A DNA stretch of 64,000 bases from Solirubrobacteraceae bacterium (GTDB lineage Bacteria; Actinomycetota; Thermoleophilia; Solirubrobacterales; Solirubrobacteraceae). The notes beneath the pieces were generated by a model, which made no database searches, was not told the DNA's origin, and was given only the letters and a program-made list of their open reading frames with translations. How positions within the stretch are numbered: position 1 is the first letter of the stretch; each line of letters opens with the position of its first letter. The stretch is taken from positions 37,701 to 101,700 of the forward strand of contig DATBBF010000020.1 in the NCBI GenBank assembly GCA_036271135.1, in the 5' to 3' direction. Position numbers and translations under genes: made by a program. Below are positions 28,165-39,417 of this stretch, piece by piece.

Positions 28165-29283
28165 GTGCAGGTCACAAGCGTCGAGATGCGGGACTTCCGG
28201 ACCTATGTCCGGGCTGAGGCTCGGCTAGGCGGTGGGCTGACCGTCGTCCACGGTCCCAACGGGGCCGGCAAGTCGAACCTGCTCGAGGCGTTGTACTTCG
28301 GCTGCACGGGCCGCTCGCCGCGGACTCGCAACGATCGTGAGATGGTCAGGTTCGGCTCGCGGGCGACACGGGTCAGTGTCGGGCTTCTCGACGATGGCCT
28401 GCACCACGAGCTGAGCGTCGGCTACTCCACACCAGCCCCCGGTGAGCCGGCGATCAAGCGCATGAGCTGCGACGGTGCCGTCGTCGAGCGGCTGCTCGAC
28501 GTTCCGGTGCGGCCGCTGATCAGCGTCTTCTTGCCTGAGCGCTTGGATCTGCTGAAGGGGCCTCCCGCGCTGCGTCGGGCTCACCTCGACCAGGTCGTCG
28601 CCGCACTGTGGCCCCTGCGCGCTGAGGTTCGCAAGGAGTACTCCCGGGTGCTCGCTCAGCGAAACGCTCTGCTCGCGAGGATCCGTGCGGGGCGTGCCTC
28701 TGATGCTGCTCTGGGTACCTGGGACCGGGAGCTCGCCTCCTCCGCTCTGGCGCTCCGTGCCGATCGCACCGAGACCGTCGGTCTGCTGACTGAGCCCTTC
28801 GCCGAACGGGCTGAGGAGCTGGGATGCAACGGAACACTCAAGCTCGAGTACAGGCCGAGGTCGCCCGCGGAAGACGAGGAGGAGTTTCTGGCAGAGCTGC
28901 GCGCTCGCCTCCCCGTCGACCTGGAGCGAGGCTTCTCTGGTCATGGTCCCCACCGCGACGAGCTTGCGTTGTTGAAGGACGGTCGCGAGCTGCGCGCATA
29001 CGGCTCCCAGGGCGAGCAGCGGCTCGCCCTGCTGGCACTGCTGCTGGCCGAGCGGGGACTGCTCGCAAGCGAACGAGGCGCCACGCCACTGATGCTGCTC
29101 GACGACGTGATGAGCGAGCTCGACGGCAGCAGGCGCGAGATGCTTGCCGCAGAGCTCTCCTCGGGCGGGCAGAGCGTGATCGCCACCACCGACCTCGGTC
29201 ACGTCCCCGGCGCCGGCGCTGCCGCAGTGACGCGGATCGCCATCTCACCCGGGGCGATCCTGCAGGAGGCGATTGCAGCGTGA
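28165..29283 (+). CDS. recF: DNA replication/repair protein RecF
   Basis: 372 aa. Walker A GPNGAGKSNLLEA, signature GSQGEQRLALLALLLAE, and Walker B LMLLDDVMSELD. Confidence 0.92.
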   Translation: MQVTSVEMRDFRTYVRAEARLGGGLTVVHGPNGAGKSNLLEALYFGCTGRSPRTRNDREMVRFGSRATRVSVGLLDDGLHHELSVGYSTPAPGEPAIKRMSCDGAVVERLLDVPVRPLISVFLPERLDLLKGPPALRRAHLDQVVAALWPLRAEVRKEYSRVLAQRNALLARIRAGRASDAALGTWDRELASSALALRADRTETVGLLTEPFAERAEELGCNGTLKLEYRPRSPAEDEEEFLAELRARLPVDLERGFSGHGPHRDELALLKDGRELRAYGSQGEQRLALLALLLAERGLLASERGATPLMLLDDVMSELDGSRREMLAAELSSGGQSVIATTDLGHVPGAGAAAVTRIAISPGAILQEAIAA

Positions 29284-29570
29284 GCAGGCGGGCTCCCCGC
29301 GCGATTGCCGAGGCCCTGGCGGGTCTGACGCCCGAGCTCGCCCCGGCGACTCCGCTGGCCCGCGTACAGGAGGTCTGGCCGGCTGCCGCCGGCGAGGCGA
29401 TTGCCGCCGCGGCTCGCCCCGTGGCCGAGCACGAAGGCGTCCTGACGATCGCTTGCGAGGCAGCCGTCTGGGCCGCGGAGCTCGAACTGATGGCGGAGGA
29501 GATAGTCCCGCGCATCAACGCCCACTTGGGTGCTGATGCGATCCGCGAGCTGCGTTGCCGGACGGCCTGA
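29280..29570 (+). CDS. DUF721 (DciA-like) protein
   Basis: GTG at 29280 overlaps the recF stop (GTGA). The 96-aa product is VSRRAPRAIAEALAGL...VWAAELELMAEEIVPRINAHLG. Its position between recF and gyrB matches other Actinomycetota. Confidence 0.8.
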   Translation: MSRRAPRAIAEALAGLTPELAPATPLARVQEVWPAAAGEAIAAAARPVAEHEGVLTIACEAAVWAAELELMAEEIVPRINAHLGADAIRELRCRTA

Positions 29571-29633
29571 GCGCCGACCGTCGCGGAGAGGCGTAATTCA
29601 TTCGCGATTTCCGGCTATTTTGCAGGCGTTTAG

Positions 29634-32246
<2,613 letters not shown>

Positions 32247-32258
32247 AGGTGAGGGATA

Positions 32259-34796
32259 GTGGCTAGTGCCGATGTGATCAGCGGCGGCAACGTCGAACCG
32301 CGCGCGCTCGAGGAGGAGATGCGCACCGCGTACCTCGACTACGCCATGTCGGTCATCGTCGGGCGCGCCCTGCCGGACGTTCGCGACGGCCTGAAGCCCG
32401 TCCACCGACGCGTCCTCTACGCGATGAACGAGCTGGGTCTCGGCCCGACCCGCTCCTACGCCAAGTGCGCCAAGATCGTCGGCGAGGTGATGGGCAACTA
32501 TCACCCCCACGGAGACTCCGCCATCTACGACACGCTCGTACGAATGGCGCAGGAGTTCTCGATGCGCAACGAACTCGTCGACGGGCAGGGCAACTTCGGC
32601 TCCGTCGATGACGACCCCGCCGCCGCGATGCGCTACACGGAGGCCAGGCTGGCGCGGATCGCCACCGAGATGCTCCGCGATCTCGACATGGACACCGTCG
32701 ACTTCGCGTCGAACTACGACGGCTCGCGCAAAGAACCGCTCGTCCTCCCGGCCCGCTTCCCGAACCTGCTCGTCAACGGCTCCTCCGGCATCGCTGTGGG
32801 CATGGCGACGAACATCCCGCCCCACAACCTCCGTGAGGTGATCGACGCGACGATTGCCTACATCGACGACCCCGCGATCGACGTCGCCGGCCTGATGCAG
32901 CACATCAAAGGCCCCGACTTCCCCACCGGCGGGATCATCCTCGGTCACGGCGGCATCAAAGACGCTTATGAGACCGGCCGCGGCCGTGTCCGTGTCCAGG
33001 CCCGCGCGCACATCGAGCCTCTGTCCCACGGCAAAGAGGCGATCGTCGTCACCGAGCTGCCCTTCATGGTCAAGAAGGGCGGCGAAGGCAACCTGATGAC
33101 AAAGATCGCCGAACTGGTCAACGACAAACGGATCCCCGAGATCTCCGACTTGGTCGACCAGTCCGACAAGCGCGGCATGCGCCTCGTGATTGAGCTCAAG
33201 CGCGACGCGATCCCCAAGGTCGTGCTCAACAAGCTCTACAAGCACACACCGATGCAGACGACTTTCGGCGTCAACATGGTCGCTCTCGTCGACAACGTCC
33301 CGCGCACTCTCAACCTGCTCGAAGTCATCGAGAACTACGTGCGCCACCAGCGCGAGGTGATTGTCCGGCGCACCAAGCACGAGCTCTCCGAGAAGGAGGC
33401 CCGCGCCCACATCCTCGAGGGGCTGCTGACGGCCCTCGAGCACCTCGACGAGATCATCGAACTGATCCGTGGCTCGCGCGACCGCGACACCGCCCGCGAG
33501 GAGCTGATCGCCCGCTTCGGTCTGAGCACGATCCAAGCAACGGCGATCCTCGACCTGCGTCTCTCTCAGCTGACCGCCCTGGAGGCCGACGGGATCAAAC
33601 AGGAGCACTCTGATGTGACTGAGCGGATCGCCGAGCTGCGAGCGATCCTCGGCGATGAGACAAAAGTGCTGGCCGTCATCAAGGAGGAGCTGACGGAGAT
33701 CTCAGAGCGCTTCGGCGACGAGCGGCGCACAGAGATCAGCCACTCCGAGGACGAGATCGACATCGAGGATCTGATCGCCGACCAGCAGATGGTCATCACG
33801 ATCACCCAGACCGGCTACATCAAGTCGCTGCCGCTGGCCACCTACCGCCAGCAGGCGCGAGGCGGGCGGGGCGTGACCGGCATGGACATGAAGGACGGCG
33901 ACTTCATCGAGCACCTGTTCGTCTGCTCCTCCCACGACTACCTGCTGTTCTTCTCCAACCGCGGGAAGGTCTACCGCTCGAAGGTCTACGAACTGCCCGA
34001 GGCACAGCGCACGGCCAAGGGCCGCGCGCTCGTCAACATCCTGCCCCTGCGCGAGAGCGAGCGGATCCAGGCCGTGGTCTCCACACGTGACTTCACCGAG
34101 ACGGAGTTCCTCGTCTTTGCCACCCGCAACGGCACCGTCAAGAAGACTGAGCTGCAGGCGTACAACACGCCGATCAAAGCCGACGGGATCATCGCCATCA
34201 ACATCCGCGACGATGACGAGCTGCTGGCTGTCCGCGCGGTCGACCCGGGCGATGAGGTCATCATGGTCTCCCGAGCCGGGCTGGCCGTCCGCTTCGCCGA
34301 GTCCGACGCCCGCTCGATGGGCCGCGACACGACGGGCGTGCGGGGGATGGACGTCGGCAAGGACGGCCGCGTGATCGCGATGGACGTCGCCCGCGACGAC
34401 ATGGATCTCCTCGTCGTCACCGACAACGGCTACGGCAAGCGCACCCAGATCAGCCAGTACCGCAAAACCAATCGCGGCGCCAAAGGCGTCAAGACGATCG
34501 GCCTGACCGAGAAAAAGGGCGGCCTAGGCGGCGCCCTCGTTGTGCGCGACCATCAGGAGCTGGTGTTCATCAGCGTCGGTGGGATGGTGCAGCGGACGGC
34601 CGTCGGCGGGATCTCCCAGCAGGGGCGCTCGGCAACCGGCGTGCGGGTGATGAACCTCAAGGACGAGGACCTCGTCAGTGCCGTGGCGCTTGTCGTCGAC
34701 ACCGGCGAGGAGGACGCAGCCATCGAGGCGGATCCAGCCGCTGAGGCTCCGCCGGCTGTCCCCGAGGCCCCGCCTGCCACTGAGCCGGAGGCCTGA
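32259..34796 (+). CDS. gyrA: DNA gyrase subunit A
   Basis: 845 aa. [27 protein letters not shown], active-site region [10 protein letters not shown], and C-terminal beta-pinwheel repeats. GTG start after GAGGTGAGGGA. Confidence 0.95.
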   Translation: MASADVISGGNVEPRALEEEMRTAYLDYAMSVIVGRALPDVRDGLKPVHRRVLYAMNELGLGPTRSYAKCAKIVGEVMGNYHPHGDSAIYDTLVRMAQEFSMRNELVDGQGNFGSVDDDPAAAMRYTEARLARIATEMLRDLDMDTVDFASNYDGSRKEPLVLPARFPNLLVNGSSGIAVGMATNIPPHNLREVIDATIAYIDDPAIDVAGLMQHIKGPDFPTGGIILGHGGIKDAYETGRGRVRVQARAHIEPLSHGKEAIVVTELPFMVKKGGEGNLMTKIAELVNDKRIPEISDLVDQSDKRGMRLVIELKRDAIPKVVLNKLYKHTPMQTTFGVNMVALVDNVPRTLNLLEVIENYVRHQREVIVRRTKHELSEKEARAHILEGLLTALEHLDEIIELIRGSRDRDTAREELIARFGLSTIQATAILDLRLSQLTALEADGIKQEHSDVTERIAELRAILGDETKVLAVIKEELTEISERFGDERRTEISHSEDEIDIEDLIADQQMVITITQTGYIKSLPLATYRQQARGGRGVTGMDMKDGDFIEHLFVCSSHDYLLFFSNRGKVYRSKVYELPEAQRTAKGRALVNILPLRESERIQAVVSTRDFTETEFLVFATRNGTVKKTELQAYNTPIKADGIIAINIRDDDELLAVRAVDPGDEVIMVSRAGLAVRFAESDARSMGRDTTGVRGMDVGKDGRVIAMDVARDDMDLLVVTDNGYGKRTQISQYRKTNRGAKGVKTIGLTEKKGGLGGALVVRDHQELVFISVGGMVQRTAVGGISQQGRSATGVRVMNLKDEDLVSAVALVVDTGEEDAAIEADPAAEAPPAVPEAPPATEPEA

Positions 34797-34876
34797 TCCG
34801 CAAGGTTTTTCCCAGGACTCCGGCCTGAAGTTCTAAGCGTCCAGATTTCTGGCGCTGGCTCAGACAGCCGCCGGGT

Positions 34877-35692
34877 GTGTCCGAAAGCCAGGGGGTGCGC
34901 GAAACTCCCAAGCTCCTCACAACCACCCTCCTGGCCATCTGCATCGTCCTCGCCGGGATCCTCGCGGGGCCTGCTTTTGCCCGTAGCTCCCGCTCCACTC
35001 ACCACCACGGCTCTCGCCACGGCAAGAGTCGCCACTCCCGCTCCCACCGCGCCGCCAAGCGCCGCCAGCGGCTCGTCACACGTGTTCGAGTCAAGGCGAG
35101 GGCGCCGAAGCAGACGGCCGTCGTCCACACCAAGCGGACCCGCGAAGTCGCTGCGGCGAAGGGCCTCGATGCCGCCAACAGTGCTGCAGCGACGATCGCC
35201 GGGGTGCTCGCCACACCGTGCGAGAACACCGAACTGACGCCCAGCGGTGAAAACCTCTTTGCCGTCCGCGGTGCCGTCCTGTGCCTGATCAACCGCGAGC
35301 GGGCCGAACACGACGTGGCCCCACTTACCGCGAACGTCCAGCTCGAAGAAGCAGCCGAATCGCACAACGCCGAAATGCTCTCCGTCGACTACTTCGCCCA
35401 CGTGGCGCCCGACGGCGAGACGCCCGTCGACCGGATCAAACAGACCGGCTACATCGGATCGAGCTCCGACGGCTACGTGATCGGCGAGAACCTCGCGTGG
35501 GGCACCTACCAACTGTCGACCCCCAAGTCGATCGTCGAAGCTTGGATCGCCTCGCCTGAGCACCTCGCCAACATCCTCGAATCCCGCTACACCGAAACGG
35601 GGATCGGCGTCACCCCCGCCGTCCCGCAGTCGATCGGCGAAGGCGACCCCGGCGCCACGTTCGCCGAGGAGTTCGGGGTCATCGTTCACTAG
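34877..35692 (+). CDS. secreted CAP/SCP (PR-1-like) domain protein
   Basis: Signal/TM segment LLTTTLLAICIVLAGILAGPAFA, a basic His/Arg-rich linker, and a C-terminal CAP domain (YFAHVAPDG...GENLAWG...WIASPEHLANIL...ETGIGV). The exact start is uncertain. Confidence 0.75.
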   Translation: MSESQGVRETPKLLTTTLLAICIVLAGILAGPAFARSSRSTHHHGSRHGKSRHSRSHRAAKRRQRLVTRVRVKARAPKQTAVVHTKRTREVAAAKGLDAANSAAATIAGVLATPCENTELTPSGENLFAVRGAVLCLINRERAEHDVAPLTANVQLEEAAESHNAEMLSVDYFAHVAPDGETPVDRIKQTGYIGSSSDGYVIGENLAWGTYQLSTPKSIVEAWIASPEHLANILESRYTETGIGVTPAVPQSIGEGDPGATFAEEFGVIVH

Positions 35693-35744
35693 GTCGCTAC
35701 TCCTCCGCTCTGCCTCTAAAGTCGCCCGATCGTCGGCTGCGTCC

Positions 35745-35978
35745 GCTACTCTGGCCAGACCAGAGAAAGGAGGTGGTCCAAACGTTGTCTGAACGTATTT
35801 GCGGGACCCTGGAGGTGACCGGCCGGTAGGTCGGGAGGCTGGTCCGCCTAGCGGAATCCAACCCGGGACACCCCGAGACGGCCGCCGGAAGTGGTCCCTC
35901 CGGCAGCAGTGCAACCGCTGCTCTCGGTCTTTCCAGTCAGTGAAGTTCGGGTGAGGGGCGCCGTCGAGCGCCCCTCAC
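35745..35978 (+). other. unassigned structured intergenic element (candidate small RNA and/or micro-ORF)
   Basis: Lies in a 345-bp gap between convergent genes. It contains hairpin CTCTGG-ccaga-CCAGAG (35749..35765) and a consensus SD AAAGGAGGTG (35766..35775). The motif GGARG(N)TGGTCC occurs three times (35769, 35834, 35887). Hairpin 35884..35904 and a terminal 11-bp terminator stem complete it. Strand and identity are unresolved. Confidence 0.3.
35951..35978. terminator. strong stem-loop (possible bidirectional terminator)
   Basis: GTGAGGGGCGC-cgtcga-GCGCCCCTCAC is a perfect 11-bp stem. On the plus strand it is followed by TCCTTTCTCCTCC. It lies 60 nt downstream of the minus-strand HNH gene stop. 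Confidence 0.6.
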
Positions 35979-36037
35979 TCCTTTCTCCTCCTCACGTGCC
36001 CGCCAGTCCGGCTGTCGCGGACGCTTCGCAGCTCGGG

Positions 36038-36544
36038 CTAGGCGGCCTGAGGGAGGTACTGCAGCCAGGCCGTGGGAATCGTCGGGCTGGCGACGTGGAT
36101 GAAGATCTCCGCCTTGGGGGTGCGGGGCACCTTCCTCGGATGCATGCCGGCCTGACGCGGCAGCCTGTCGGCCTTGCGCCGGTTGCAGGGTGCGCAGGAG
36201 GCGACGATGTTCTCCCATCCCGACCCGCCGCCCTTGGAGCGGGGGATCACGTGGTCGACCGTCAGGTTCGAGCGCGACCCGCAGTACTGGCAGGTCCAGC
36301 TGTCCCTCGCGAAGACCGCCCGGCGGGTGATCTTGCGCCGGTGGGCGTCTCTGGGGACGTTGACGTAGGAGACCAGACGGATCACGACCGGACGGGCCAC
36401 AGTCGAGCTCTCCGAGTGAAGCTCCCAGCGGCCTCGCTCCAGCAGCTCGGCCTTGTCCTTCAGCAGCAGCACGACAGCTCGACGCACCGTGCAGACGTTG
36501 ATCGGCTCATACGTCGCATTGAGAACGAGCACCCGACCACCCAT
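36038..36544 (-). CDS. HNH endonuclease family protein
   Basis: Track ORF trimmed to the ATG at 36544 (MGGRVLVLNATYEPINV...). HNH/zinc motif CQYCGSRSNLTVDHVIPRSKGGGSGWENIVASCAPCNRRK. Confidence 0.85.
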   Translation of the reverse strand: MGGRVLVLNATYEPINVCTVRRAVVLLLKDKAELLERGRWELHSESSTVARPVVIRLVSYVNVPRDAHRRKITRRAVFARDSWTCQYCGSRSNLTVDHVIPRSKGGGSGWENIVASCAPCNRRKADRLPRQAGMHPRKVPRTPKAEIFIHVASPTIPTAWLQYLPQAA

Positions 36545-36679
36545 CGCCGTTCCAGGCGAGGACTCAGGCCCGTGCCGCTGGTGCTCTGTTGGCGACACGG
36601 ACCCCACCGGCTCTGGTGGGACCACGCTCTCCATCGTCGCGCGGAGTGTAGCGGGCGTGAGGCCCGTACAGCGCAGCGC

Positions 36680-37570
36680 TCAGCCTCCCTGGGTGGAGGC
36701 GTAGGAGCCGAGCACCCGCACCTCCTCGCACATCCCTCCAAGGCTCGCAAGCGCAGCCGCGACGGCAGGGTCCTCCTCGCCCGCACCAAGATCCGCGAAG
36801 AACATGTAGGAGCCCATCCGCTCCCGCCGGGGCCTGGACTCGATCTTCGTCAGGTTGATCTCGCGGTCGGCGAACTCGCCCAGGCATCGCACGAGCCATC
36901 CCGGATGCTCGGCCCCGGCCCCCCAGAAGACGATCGAGCACCTGCGCTCATCGCCGCCCGCCCGCAACGGCAGCGCCCCGCCGCCACGGTCGCTGCCGGC
37001 AAGCCACACGAACCTCGTTTCGTTGTCATCCCTGTCCTGGACCCCCTCGCGCAGGACCTCTCCGCCATAGATCCCCGCTGCCAGTGTCGTGCCGAGCGCA
37101 GCCGTCTCGGCGTCGCCGCCGGCCACCACCGCTCGGACGGCCTCGGCGGTCGAGTCGGCCAGGCGGATCTCCGCGTGCGCGAGCTCCCCGCGCAGGAAGC
37201 GCGTGCACTGTCCGGGCACCGCGGGGTGAGAGATAACCGTCCTGATACCTCCCAGCGGGACGGTCGCGGCGGCGATCAACGAGTGCCGGACGCGCACCCT
37301 CGTCTCGGCGACGATGCGGATCGCCGGGGCGTTGTCGGCGAGCAGGTCGAGCGTGACGTTGATCGATCCCTCCAGCGAGTTCTCGATCGGCACCACCGCC
37401 AGCTCGGCCTCGCCATCGCGGAGCGCCATGACGGTCTCGAAGATGGTGGGCTTGGGGAGAGGCTCGACCGCCGCGGGCTCGGCGCCCGCTAGCAGCGCCT
37501 CCTCGCTGAACGTTCCCGCCGGACCGAGGAAAGCGGCACGCGACCGGCCGCGCTCAGGCTGCGGGCTCAT
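36680..37570 (-). CDS. pheA: prephenate dehydratase
   Basis: Track ORF trimmed to the ATG at 37570 (MSPQPERGRSRAAFLGPAGTFSEEALL). TRF and ESRP signatures (NETRFVWL, LTKIESRPRR) and a C-terminal ACT domain. Confidence 0.88.
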   Translation of the reverse strand: MSPQPERGRSRAAFLGPAGTFSEEALLAGAEPAAVEPLPKPTIFETVMALRDGEAELAVVPIENSLEGSINVTLDLLADNAPAIRIVAETRVRVRHSLIAAATVPLGGIRTVISHPAVPGQCTRFLRGELAHAEIRLADSTAEAVRAVVAGGDAETAALGTTLAAGIYGGEVLREGVQDRDDNETRFVWLAGSDRGGGALPLRAGGDERRCSIVFWGAGAEHPGWLVRCLGEFADREINLTKIESRPRRERMGSYMFFADLGAGEEDPAVAAALASLGGMCEEVRVLGSYASTQGG

Positions 37571-38096
37571 CGGCCTGCACCGTCGCGCCGTCTCCGACGA
37601 GCGCCAGCCGGACCGCCTCGGCCTCCTCCGGCGACAGCTCCAGTTCGCCGCGCCCGCCCAGGACGCGCTTGCCGTACACCCGCGCCTGGTCGCGATGGTG
37701 GATGCAGGACAGGACGATGCCTGAGCGCTCGTCGTCGAGCAGCGCGATCGACATCGATTGGCGGCCCGACAGCTCGTTGTAGGCGTCGTAGCGAACCAGC
37801 GCCCGGTGCGAGATGGTCCCGCGCAGCGTCGCCTCGACTCCCGCCAGGCGGGAGTCGAGCTGTACTGCTGTCTCCTCGACGTAGTCGTGCAGCGCTTCGA
37901 AGGCCTGCTGCGTCGTTGCCGCATGAGCGATCACGTCCTGCTCGCCGTGCTCGCCGAGCACCAGCCGCTGGGCCTGGCGCAGACGCCGCAGGCGAACGCT
38001 CAGCAACGTGCAGAACAGCAGCGCCAGCACTGCCACGGCGGCTGCCGCGAGCGCGATGATCCCCTGCGTATTGGTGATCGATCCGACCATCGCCAC
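37554..38096 (-). CDS. DUF4446-like membrane-anchored protein
   Basis: 180 aa. N-terminal TM (IIALAAAAVAVLALLFCTLL), then RALVRYDAYNELSGRQSMSIALLDDERSGIVLSCIHHRD, which is typical of DUF4446. It overlaps the pheA start by 17 nt. Confidence 0.7.
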   Translation of the reverse strand: MAMVGSITNTQGIIALAAAAVAVLALLFCTLLSVRLRRLRQAQRLVLGEHGEQDVIAHAATTQQAFEALHDYVEETAVQLDSRLAGVEATLRGTISHRALVRYDAYNELSGRQSMSIALLDDERSGIVLSCIHHRDQARVYGKRVLGGRGELELSPEEAEAVRLALVGDGATVQADEPAA

Positions 38097-38118
38097 AAGT
38101 TAGCCGCTGGCGCTGCGG

Positions 38119-39270
38119 CTATTCGCCGAAGATCGCCAGATAGGTGTTCTTGTTGTTTTCAGCGTTCGTCTCGCCCGGCACCGCCTCGACGTTGACTTCG
38201 ATCTTCGAGGCGACGCCGACGGAGACCCCCGTGACGGGGATTTCCACGTTGGCCTTGCTACCCGGTTGGGTCGAGTTGATCGCGTGGGAGTCCTTCAGCA
38301 CTTTGCCCGCTGCCGTCACCGTCACGTCGACCTTGACGTTCGTCTCGGCGTTGGTGCCGGTGTTTTCGACCGTGATCGTAAATGTGGGGCTGCCACCGCC
38401 GGCGATGTGGTTGAGGGTCGGTTCGGGTGCCAGCGCGTTCGTTCCCACCGCCACGCCGATCAGCGCGCTGCCGTGCGTGCCCGGCGCGATCGAGGAGTTG
38501 GATCCGCCGGCTGCTTGTCCGGTGAGGCGCGAGGCCACCGTGCTCGCTTCGAGCCAGCCGAGGTTCGGCAGGAAGCGAGCGGACTGAGTGCTCGCCTGGA
38601 TGCCGTTGGAGGACAGCGTCTGCTGGATCAGGGGCACGACGCGCTGGGAGTAGATCACGTCGGAGGCGAGGAACGTCTCCATGTCGCCGGCGATCTTCGG
38701 GCTGACCTGCACGCTCTGCCCGCCCACCGCCGCCGGCAGCAGCGCGCCGATCTTGGTGATCCCTTCGACGCGCAGATCCAGCGCCAGCAGCAGGTTTCGC
38801 TGGGCACTCGTCATTTCGCTGGGCACCTTCAGGCCCTTCGCCTGCGAGGTCAGTTTCTCGGCTTCGACCAGCAGTTGGTTGACCTGCTCCTGGACGACCA
38901 GGCCCGACTTGCCGGCGGCGCTCGCGAGCGCCGCGAACAGGGGCCTTGCGATCTGCGAGCCGAATTCCTGGGCGACTTCGCCGACCTGGCGGTTGTAGTC
39001 CTTCAGCGACTGCTGCTTCTGTGATTTGAGGCAGCCGTTGATGACCAGGACGATGATGATCAGCAGCACCACGGCGACGCCCGCCGCGACCCTGCGGCGC
39101 ACCATCAGCGTGTGCTGGTCATAGCCTGAGGGCCCGCCCGAGCGGGCAGGGCGGCGCGGGCTCGGACGCCTTGGCGCGCCTGCGCTTGCTCGCTCGCCGC
39201 TTGCTCGCGGTCGGGGTGCTCTGGCCGACGGTCGAGAAGCAGTCTCCTCGCCATCATCGAAGAACGACAA
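38119..39270 (-). CDS. membrane-anchored extracytoplasmic protein with C-terminal CARDB-like beta-sandwich
   Basis: Track ORF (799 aa) trimmed to the TTG at 39270, which lies 9 nt after AAGGAG (MSFFDDGEETASRP...). Basic Pro-rich cytoplasmic tail and a single TM (VAAGVAVVLLIIIVLVING). C-terminal TFTITVENTGTNAETNVKVDVTV...NAENNKNTY resembles the CARDB fold. Confidence 0.65.
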   Translation of the reverse strand: MSFFDDGEETASRPSARAPRPRASGERASAGAPRRPSPRRPARSGGPSGYDQHTLMVRRRVAAGVAVVLLIIIVLVINGCLKSQKQQSLKDYNRQVGEVAQEFGSQIARPLFAALASAAGKSGLVVQEQVNQLLVEAEKLTSQAKGLKVPSEMTSAQRNLLLALDLRVEGITKIGALLPAAVGGQSVQVSPKIAGDMETFLASDVIYSQRVVPLIQQTLSSNGIQASTQSARFLPNLGWLEASTVASRLTGQAAGGSNSSIAPGTHGSALIGVAVGTNALAPEPTLNHIAGGGSPTFTITVENTGTNAETNVKVDVTVTAAGKVLKDSHAINSTQPGSKANVEIPVTGVSVGVASKIEVNVEAVPGETNAENNKNTYLAIFGE

Positions 39271-39417
39271 AAGCCTCCGCTCCTTTGCAGGGTCCTGGAA
39301 GGGGCTCAGTATGACTACAGGCCAACTCCCTGACGATCTTGCAACTTCTCGCTCAAGGCGAATCTTCCTGCAAGCGCCGGAGAGGAGAGGGCGCCGCGGC
39401 GGCGAACGCGGAAGCCG

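Noticed and set aside
35811-35866. Resemblance of GGAGGUGACCGGCCGG...UCGGGAGGC...CCGCCUAGCGG to the ZTP (pfl) riboswitch consensus (GUGACUGGCG...CCGGGGAGC...CCGCCUGGGC)
   Set aside because: Several invariant nucleotides differ. No purine or folate gene, nor any plus-strand gene, lies downstream. The match is probably a coincidence of GC-rich sequence. It should still be tested by cmscan.
35693-36037. SRP RNA, 6S RNA, tmRNA, RNase P RNA, tRNA, or HEARO/omega-RNA (HNH-associated) identity for the convergent spacer
   Set aside because: There is no GGAAGCAGCC-type SRP helix-8 motif, no GGAAAGUCCGG P4 motif, no T-loop GGTTCGAATCC and no tmRNA termini. HEARO/omega RNAs lie upstream of large IscB ORFs, whereas this region is downstream of a small 168-aa HNH protein. 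It is left as unassigned.
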